Below, piece after piece: positions 57,116 to 64,000 of a DNA stretch of 64,000 nucleotides; position 1 is the stretch's first letter; each line of letters starts with the position of its first letter. The position numbers and the translations under genes are program-made. The notes beneath the pieces were generated by a model that had not been told where the DNA came from, did no database searches, and saw only the letters and a list, made by a program, of their open reading frames with translations. This DNA comes from an uncultured Bacteroidales bacterium (GTDB taxonomy: Bacteria > Bacteroidota > Bacteroidia > Bacteroidales > FEN-979). Location of the stretch: positions 43,231 through 107,230 of the forward strand of contig CAIRDP010000006.1 in the NCBI GenBank assembly GCA_903877385.1, read 5' to 3'.

Positions 57116-57949
57116 ATGGAAGCCCTTTTAGTTCCCTCCCTTGCCAAAGTTGAAAGGATCATCCAGGAAACTCCTGACGTTCGCACCTACAGGCTGAAGT
57201 TTAAGGATGACAGCCTCATGGAAAAATTCAGCTGGCATCCGGGGCAGTTCGTGGAATTTTCCCTGCTGGGTTCCGGGGAGTGTACATTCTGCATTTCCTC
57301 ATCGGTCACCCGCAAGGGGTATTTCGACTGCTCCATCAAGAAAGCAGGAATAGTAACAGCCGACATACATACCGATCTCGAGGAAGGCGATGACGTGGGA
57401 ATACGTGGTCCTTACGGCAACTGGTTCCCGACCGACGACATCAAGGGGAAGAACCTGTTGTTTGTAGGAGGCGGAATAGGACTTGCCCCTTTGCGTTCAC
57501 TGATACAATATGCGATAGACAACCGAAGTGATTACAAGGACTTCACGATATTATACGGGGCCCGCACATCCGCAGACCTTTGTTATAAAGAAGAGATCGA
57601 AGAATGGAAGAAAAACACCGGTATCAGGGTCGTTCTCACCATCGACAAGCCTGAAGATACCTGGAAAGAAAATGTAGGTGTTGTTCCAAAGATCCTCGAG
57701 GAAGTCGTGAAACCTGAGATCGCCAACACCAAGGTCATCACCTGCGGTCCGCCGATCATGATAAAATATACGCTTCAGTCGCTCGACCGCCTGGGATTCT
57801 CGCCCGAGCATGTTATAACCACTCTTGAAATGAAGATGCAGTGCGGCCTTGGCAAATGCGGCCGCTGCAATATCGGCAGTACCTATATCTGCAAAGACGG
57901 CCCGGTTTTCACTTATGCCCAGTTGAAGGCACTGCCTGACGAGTTTTAA
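57116..57949 (+). CDS. flxA: FAD/NAD(H)-binding oxidoreductase FlxA (AsrB/PyrK-like)
   Basis: PGQFV; RGPYGN; GGGIGLAP; CGPPIM; MQCGLGKCGRC...CKDGPVF. Confidence 0.88.
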   Translation: MEALLVPSLAKVERIIQETPDVRTYRLKFKDDSLMEKFSWHPGQFVEFSLLGSGECTFCISSSVTRKGYFDCSIKKAGIVTADIHTDLEEGDDVGIRGPYGNWFPTDDIKGKNLLFVGGGIGLAPLRSLIQYAIDNRSDYKDFTILYGARTSADLCYKEEIEEWKKNTGIRVVLTIDKPEDTWKENVGVVPKILEEVVKPEIANTKVITCGPPIMIKYTLQSLDRLGFSPEHVITTLEMKMQCGLGKCGRCNIGSTYICKDGPVFTYAQLKALPDEF

Positions 57950-59910
57950 GGAATTCTCACAGCCGGGATCTCCTCAGGCTCAGTTTCAGAACCATCGGAA
58001 TATACTGCTTTTACAAAATAGTTATTCAATACGTTTCCTTTAAGAGGTGAAGGATCGGTGATTTGGCATTCACCGCATTTTGCCATGCCTATGAGAACGG
58101 GTTCTTCTGTTTCGGAGAACCTGAATACTTTAAAACCGGTTAACCCCTTATCGGCAACTATCGGCCACCTAACGATTACACTTTCGCCATTCCTGATCAG
58201 GGAAATTCTGTTTATCTGAATTTTTTCATTGAGCGGGAGTTCCACGGTCAGGGCCGCACTCTTCTGGCTTTCCACACCGTCGGGCCCTATCGAAGCAACG
58301 GAATATTCAGCGGTTTTACCCCCGAAAGTTACGGAGTCGGTATAGGTATTGGTGAAGGCGGATATGGGAGAGGGGGTGATCCTGGTGAACCCCTGTTCTG
58401 CGCCGGTCCTGCGGTAAACCGTATACGCTTTCACCTGCCCGTCGGTCAGCAGGAGGTTTTCCCAGAACAGGGTGATGTGGCTGTTGTCGCTCCTGTACCT
58501 GAGGTTATATGGAATGCTGATTTTTCCGTTAGCCGGGACCATGAGTGATACGGCATCGGAAAGTGGGCTGATGCCGTTGCCTTCACCCATGGCCGCAATT
58601 GCATACCTGTAGGCATTCCCGGGCCTGGCAGAGGTATCGGTATAGCTTACTGCAGCTGTTGGCTTGATCACATCCGAAAGCTGCTTTAACTCACCCCTGT
58701 ATCCCTCACCCCTGTAAACATAATAGCCCCTGATGATCCCACCGGTATAAGTCCAGCTGAGCTCCACTCCATACGGTTTCGTTGACAGCAGCGGCTGGGG
58801 AGGTTTTAAAGGATTGGATGATTCCGTTACCATGTTGAAAACACGGGTGCTAGGCAACCCGTAACCGAACCTGTTGGCCACAACTGCAAAGTACCAGTAA
58901 TTTTCATCGGCAAGTGGAACGATATCCACATAAGAGGTATCGGAAGAAGAAAGGGTGGCGATATTATAAAAATTGCCGTCATAGGAAGTTCCCCTGAAAA
59001 TGAGGATCCCCCTCATGCCCTGTCCTTCTAATAACGGCCATGAAAGGCGTATGGCATGCTTTTCAGGAACCGGCTTCGTATGAAACATCCGTATTACCGG
59101 GGCTGAAAAAACTGACCAGGCCCGCAGGACTGCAGTGTCTGATACCGGGTATGGATTTCCGAGCCAGTCCCAGGCTTTTAAAACATACTTGTATATGATT
59201 CCAGGTTTTACCAGGCTGTCGCTGATCCTGAAAAAAACGCTGTCGCCTTTCGCACTGAATCCTCCGATCATGGCTAACTCCCCGAAACTTTTATCTCCTT
59301 CGCCAATCCTGAAAACCCGGGCAAATGTCGGGACTTTTCTGGGAACATATGCCCAGGATACGTTTATTACCTTGTCGTTCTCCTTGCCTCCAGTATAAAG
59401 AGGTTTTGGCAGGAAAGCCGTTCCCGTGAGCCGGACATCTCCCGTTAATCCTTCCTTCAACAGCAGGCCATCTGCAGATGTAATGCTGACTTTGTAGGTA
59501 TAATGCTGAGCCTGTGCGGCGGTTTTATCGTAATACCCGGCAACGGCTGCAATCATACCTGCAGGATTCATCATAAAAACCTGCATCGGCCGGTCTGAAT
59601 TCAATCCCTTCCACCACTTGGTTATCGCACTATCGCCGGCCGGGGGATTTTCTTTGAAATCGGCTCCGGCTTTTTTCACCAGCGATATAAAAGCCGATTC
59701 GTCGGGGGGAGAGCTGATTGTTGCAAGCAATTTGAACACACCTGAATTTTCGCTTCTCCATACCATCGTGGTAGCATTCTTATGCCATGTTGAATCAATG
59801 AGGATAAAAATACCGTCTGGAGCTGTGAACCCTGAAGGATATTGTGAAAATGCAGTCATGCAAAGCAGGGAAAGAAAAGCTGAAAGCAGGTAATTTGAAA
59901 TCTTTTTCAT
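57946..59910 (-). CDS. Secreted fibronectin type III repeat protein
   Basis: Signal peptide; repeated L.W...Y.VYR...Y.D...Y.Y.V.A...S units. Confidence 0.82.
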   Translation of the reverse strand: MKKISNYLLSAFLSLLCMTAFSQYPSGFTAPDGIFILIDSTWHKNATTMVWRSENSGVFKLLATISSPPDESAFISLVKKAGADFKENPPAGDSAITKWWKGLNSDRPMQVFMMNPAGMIAAVAGYYDKTAAQAQHYTYKVSITSADGLLLKEGLTGDVRLTGTAFLPKPLYTGGKENDKVINVSWAYVPRKVPTFARVFRIGEGDKSFGELAMIGGFSAKGDSVFFRISDSLVKPGIIYKYVLKAWDWLGNPYPVSDTAVLRAWSVFSAPVIRMFHTKPVPEKHAIRLSWPLLEGQGMRGILIFRGTSYDGNFYNIATLSSSDTSYVDIVPLADENYWYFAVVANRFGYGLPSTRVFNMVTESSNPLKPPQPLLSTKPYGVELSWTYTGGIIRGYYVYRGEGYRGELKQLSDVIKPTAAVSYTDTSARPGNAYRYAIAAMGEGNGISPLSDAVSLMVPANGKISIPYNLRYRSDNSHITLFWENLLLTDGQVKAYTVYRRTGAEQGFTRITPSPISAFTNTYTDSVTFGGKTAEYSVASIGPDGVESQKSAALTVELPLNEKIQINRISLIRNGESVIVRWPIVADKGLTGFKVFRFSETEEPVLIGMAKCGECQITDPSPLKGNVLNNYFVKAVYSDGSETEPEEIPAVRIP

Positions 59911-59939
59911 AACCGGGTCTACTGTTTATATCAGATTTA

Positions 59940-62900
59940 TCATTTGAGGGAAGCTGAAAAGTCGATTTTTTTCGGCTGGGTCGTGAGAGTTACGGTACAG
60001 TCCAGTGTTTTACGGAAATTTTTGGATATGCATCCATCACACAAGGGTCCGAAACACACTCCTGCCTCAAGGAATGATGTCACATAGTCCTCGCCTTTCA
60101 GATTAAGGGCGTGAGAAACGAAATTATAAGTGCCATCATTTATACCAAATCCGATCCCCGCACCGCCGGATATATACGGGCAGATTGATCCGCCATAATC
60201 TCCCATATAAACCGATACACTGCCGTACATCATGATCCCGAATCCCATTTCCGTTGCACCTGAGGCGAAATTCATATAGAAACGGGCATCAAATCCTGCA
60301 TTGGCGGTTAGTTTATACCCTACGAAGTACCCTCCGAGGTCGTAACCGTCATTTATTGAAAAGGGGGGGAAAATGCTTTTGTAACCTGTAATAAAAAACC
60401 CTGTCAGCGCTTTGCTGAAAGCATCGGGCCAGAGTTTATTTTCGGCATTCAGCAAAACGGTGTTTTCAAGGCTTTTGGGAACAGGGCTGATATTCCCGAA
60501 AGCAAGGCCTGCTGTGACCTTCTGAATGATAGGATCAGGTGTGACCAGGTTGACCGATGCCGCAAGGTACCATCCGTTTGAGCCGAATTCCATATCGGCT
60601 GCTCCGGCTGCTTCAAATCCGCATAAAGGATAGCCTTTAAGGATGAGAGAACCATGCATTACCTTGTTTTTCATATCATACGTCAGGCTTACATCACCCA
60701 ATGGTGTTGTAAGGTTATCGGCGCTGATCGAATTCCCTTCTGAGGAAATTGACCCTTTTACGAAGAACTGGCTTGTTTCGCTCGTCTGAACTGCATTCCC
60801 GGCATTGGCAATCGTTCCTTTAAACCAGAAGAAATCCCAGTCGAAAGTGTTGGCTTGCATCCTTCCATTGAGGTTATCCAGCCGAATCGGTTTCGTCCCG
60901 CCCACCCCCAGGACGAAAGACTGGGTTTCGGGGTAAATCATTACAAATCCCGCTGCCGGCTGGCGAACCAGTATGGCATCCAGAGAATCCGTAGCACCCT
61001 GGTCGGTAAAAGCAAGTTTCCCTTTGCACTGAAAATAGTTTTGGAAGATGGTATCGGTATAAGGCATCTGGCTGGCTTTGAAACTGACATTGGCAGGCCC
61101 TGTAAACTGCAGTGGAAGGGGGTCGAAATTCAGTGTTAGCTGCGAAGTTTTCGGGTCTTTGTAGAAATTCAGATTGGCCCTGTTGTAAGCAGGTATCCTG
61201 GGAAGGTTCAGGTTATAGATACCAGTAAGCGTGAAAGCTCCGGGTTGGCTGGTGATCTGGTTAACTTTCAGGTGGAATACATCATAAAAAACAAGCTCGG
61301 AAGAATTCTCAACCCCTGAGTAGAGCTGTTCATTATCGTCGAGAACCTGTATGCTCCCTATATCGAGTGAAGCGGCTGCCTGCATACCCGGCAGGCCTTT
61401 GAGGGATGCAACTTTGTTTGCGGCATTCTGGCCTACGATCTTGATCACGTAATGCGGTTCAGCTTTGTTCCCGACATTGGGATCGTAATAAAACAGGCAT
61501 TGTGCATCGGAATTTACATCGAGAGGTGAAATATTGCCCATCTCAAGATTATTTATGGTGAAACCGTCAAGAAGAATATCATCGGGTTTCAGCACCATTG
61601 TCTTCACGGGTATAGCAGCAAACCCGGTTTTCAGAGAAGCGTTCTTGGCGGTAAATCCGTTTTCTCCGCTGTTCCAGTCAAGCTTATCCATATGGACAGA
61701 CCAGGTTTTACCCACAGCAATATCCGCCGGTTTGTTTATCGCTATAGGGCTGATCACCGAGGTAGTCATCTGTACTTTCCCCACGTCAACCGTTGCAGGG
61801 ATACTGCCTTTAAGCTTCGCAGTGATGCTCAGGTTGAGCACTAAGCTGTCGTTTGTGAGGTAAGATCCCGAGGACCTGGCCGTGGATGAAAAACCCGTGA
61901 ATTTCAGGCTAAGGTCTTTACCAGTTGAGCTGCATAAACCGAATTTTGAAGCAGGGATGGCTGAACCCTTACCGGCAACGCTCTCCACGTCAAGGCTGCC
62001 TGAACCAGGATCATACAGGAAAAATGAAACGGCTTCATCATAATCAAACATAGCCGAAGGGAACTGGAATGAATTTTTAAGGATATACGCATGGCCTTTG
62101 ATAATGCCGTTGCCGTCACCTCCTTTTGTGATCTGTATCTTGCCGCTCTTTTCTAGTGAATGCAGGCCCGAAGGAAGCTGCATCAAATGATACCCGTAAT
62201 GATATCTCAGGGCCATATCGTGGTTGTCGGTTTTGACCAGCCCGTCGACAGGCTCGGCATAAGGTATTCCATTGGGGTTCAGTTTTGCTGATTTTTTAAT
62301 TTTCAGATTGGTGAAATCGAGACGGAAAGCGTAATCGGCGGGCATAAAATCAATATTTCCTCCGGGTAGTATATGGCCGCTGACCAGGGCAGTGCCATCG
62401 GTCTGCTTATTGTAATCGGAAAGTTCCAGGGGAAACCCCATGATTGTCGTGAGATCGATATCGTCTATCCTTTTAATGGTAAGGTTTGCCACAGGGTTAG
62501 CCTGGCTCATATCCACCTCCCTTGAATCGCCGGTATATGTTACCAGGGAATCGTATTTAGCGGCATTTAGCATGACTTTAGAGAGGTTTTCGGGGATACC
62601 GTGCAGGTTATAATTACCGTTTTCATCGGTGACGGTCGACAGGTCAGGGTCTGAACTTGACTCTGCTATAAATACCCTGGCTCCCTTCACAGGGTTCATG
62701 CCGGGTTCGGAGCGCACCAGTCCTGTAACGGATTTCCCCTGCTTGAGTTCGAAACTGTAGGTGATAAAATTTTTCGAAGGCTGGTTGCTTATCGTCCCTT
62801 GAACAGGGATAAACCAGGGCGAATGATCAGGGGGGATGATCTTTACATGAAATACCGTGGCAGGCGAAGTGACTTCAAAATCGATAAAGCCTCCATGGTC

Positions 62901-63998
62901 AACCTGTTTCTTGAAACCGTCGAGATCGGCCCAGCAGTCTGCAACTCCTTCCTTCTTACCCGGGCTCATTGAACCTGAGAAAACTGTCTGCCATACGTAG
63001 AGCCTGATCCTGTGAATGTTCTTCAACACTTTAAAAGTTCCCAGGCCCTGGGGAGGCTGGTCATCAGGTGTTTTATTCAGGCTTACGTTGAACACCGCAT
63101 CGAGGTATTCAGGGGATACAGGGACAATATGCAGTTTCCTGCTTCCCGAAGGAGCCCTGAATTTGAATTGCTGGGGACTGGTTCCCATGATCGTGTAACC
63201 GGCAGTCGTTTCATTGAAAGGCAATGAGTCGACCTGCACTTCAGCTTCCAGAGGATGACCCTCCTGGTCTTCGACGGTTCCCGTGATATATCCCCATGGA
63301 GTTAGCTCAATGTCGGGATTCCAGTATTGCCCGCCTTTCTGAAACTTACCCAGGTTTTCTATGAGTTTATCTTCATAGCCATATTTGGTAACTGTAAGGT
63401 ACGCCGTCTCATCGACTACCGGGAGGTTGTTGATCTCAAAATACCCGTCTTTATCGGAATAGACCTTTTGCTGCGAAATATTTGTTGAACATTCAGCACC
63501 CTGAACAGGGAAGTTCTTATACATGACCCTTCCGGCAATGCGGGGGAGATCAGGTGCAAGAACTACATTTTCAGAATATTCTGTCGGGGTGAACTGGCTG
63601 TTGAACCCTGGTTTCCCTTCGAAGTCAAAAGTCCTGATGTCGGGAATATAATTATAAACCCCGTTTCGTTTACCTGAACTGGTGGCCAGTTTATACGCAT
63701 CGACATGCTGGCCTTTATTATGCACCAGGTTGGTGAAAATGATAGTCCCTTTGGGGTTCATCCCCGTTTCTCCTGTCGATATCAGGGGTGATTCAGGGAC
63801 CAGCTCCATGGATTGCTTGCGTTGCATGTTTTGCCCTTCTTCAAAGGGTACGTCTTCAGGGATGGGGTTTATACGTCCTGCTTCAACCTGTAGATAAGGC
63901 AGTCCTGAATTGGGCCCTGCCACCTGGTCGGAAGCCCCTGAGGATTTTACGTTTACATTCAGGGTATACGTATTCACCATCCCTGCCAGGGGAGCCGG
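59940..63998 (-). CDS. Very large beta-rich hypothetical protein (>1350 aa) with carboxypeptidase-regulatory-like domains; 5' end outside the window
   Basis: Frame stays open past 63980 (PAPLAG-MVNT); G.V...PV.GA...SD.DG.F modules; Gly/aromatic beta-rich C-terminal half. Confidence 0.75.
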   Translation of the reverse strand, partial: PAPLAGMVNTYTLNVNVKSSGASDQVAGPNSGLPYLQVEAGRINPIPEDVPFEEGQNMQRKQSMELVPESPLISTGETGMNPKGTIIFTNLVHNKGQHVDAYKLATSSGKRNGVYNYIPDIRTFDFEGKPGFNSQFTPTEYSENVVLAPDLPRIAGRVMYKNFPVQGAECSTNISQQKVYSDKDGYFEINNLPVVDETAYLTVTKYGYEDKLIENLGKFQKGGQYWNPDIELTPWGYITGTVEDQEGHPLEAEVQVDSLPFNETTAGYTIMGTSPQQFKFRAPSGSRKLHIVPVSPEYLDAVFNVSLNKTPDDQPPQGLGTFKVLKNIHRIRLYVWQTVFSGSMSPGKKEGVADCWADLDGFKKQVDHGGFIDFEVTSPATVFHVKIIPPDHSPWFIPVQGTISNQPSKNFITYSFELKQGKSVTGLVRSEPGMNPVKGARVFIAESSSDPDLSTVTDENGNYNLHGIPENLSKVMLNAAKYDSLVTYTGDSREVDMSQANPVANLTIKRIDDIDLTTIMGFPLELSDYNKQTDGTALVSGHILPGGNIDFMPADYAFRLDFTNLKIKKSAKLNPNGIPYAEPVDGLVKTDNHDMALRYHYGYHLMQLPSGLHSLEKSGKIQITKGGDGNGIIKGHAYILKNSFQFPSAMFDYDEAVSFFLYDPGSGSLDVESVAGKGSAIPASKFGLCSSTGKDLSLKFTGFSSTARSSGSYLTNDSLVLNLSITAKLKGSIPATVDVGKVQMTTSVISPIAINKPADIAVGKTWSVHMDKLDWNSGENGFTAKNASLKTGFAAIPVKTMVLKPDDILLDGFTINNLEMGNISPLDVNSDAQCLFYYDPNVGNKAEPHYVIKIVGQNAANKVASLKGLPGMQAAASLDIGSIQVLDDNEQLYSGVENSSELVFYDVFHLKVNQITSQPGAFTLTGIYNLNLPRIPAYNRANLNFYKDPKTSQLTLNFDPLPLQFTGPANVSFKASQMPYTDTIFQNYFQCKGKLAFTDQGATDSLDAILVRQPAAGFVMIYPETQSFVLGVGGTKPIRLDNLNGRMQANTFDWDFFWFKGTIANAGNAVQTSETSQFFVKGSISSEGNSISADNLTTPLGDVSLTYDMKNKVMHGSLILKGYPLCGFEAAGAADMEFGSNGWYLAASVNLVTPDPIIQKVTAGLAFGNISPVPKSLENTVLLNAENKLWPDAFSKALTGFFITGYKSIFPPFSINDGYDLGGYFVGYKLTANAGFDARFYMNFASGATEMGFGIMMYGSVSVYMGDYGGSICPYISGGAGIGFGINDGTYNFVSHALNLKGEDYVTSFLEAGVCFGPLCDGCISKNFRKTLDCTVTLTTQPKKIDFSASLK

Positions 63999-64000
63999 CA

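Noticed and set aside
55984-57949. Anaerobic sulfite reductase AsrAB or sulfhydrogenase
   Set aside because: No AsrC siroheme subunit or hydrogenase subunits; homology is explained by FlxB and FlxA

Overview
Gene-dense chromosomal segment of an anaerobic or facultative Bacteroidota bacterium. The assignment rests on TAnnTTTG -7 promoter elements, A-rich starts without Shine-Dalgarno sequences, a T9SS cargo protein and Bacteroidota-type atp, nuo and TonB loci. No tRNA, rRNA, CRISPR array or mobile element was seen. The window holds four energy modules: nrfHA (nitrite ammonification), atpBEFHAG (probably H+-type), an 11-subunit complex I lacking NuoEFG, and a complete hdrCBA-flxDCBA electron-bifurcating cluster. 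Around them are housekeeping and envelope genes (pgk, ispG, tsaB, hemW, mlaEF, GT2, deacetylase, O-antigen ligase), a PstS-like/TPR/ExbB-ExbD-ExbD-TonB cluster and large secreted proteins truncated at both ends. Main observation: the palindrome TGTTAA-N4-TTAACA, which resembles a Rex operator, overlaps or directly follows the predicted -7 element of nrfH, nuoA and hdrC. This points to one redox regulon and possibly a NADH -> Flx/Hdr -> ferredoxin -> headless complex I -> menaquinone -> NrfHA chain (inference). Several intergenic spacers also carry unexplained 7- or 8-bp-periodic micro-arrays. All annotations come from motif recognition by eye; no database searches were run.
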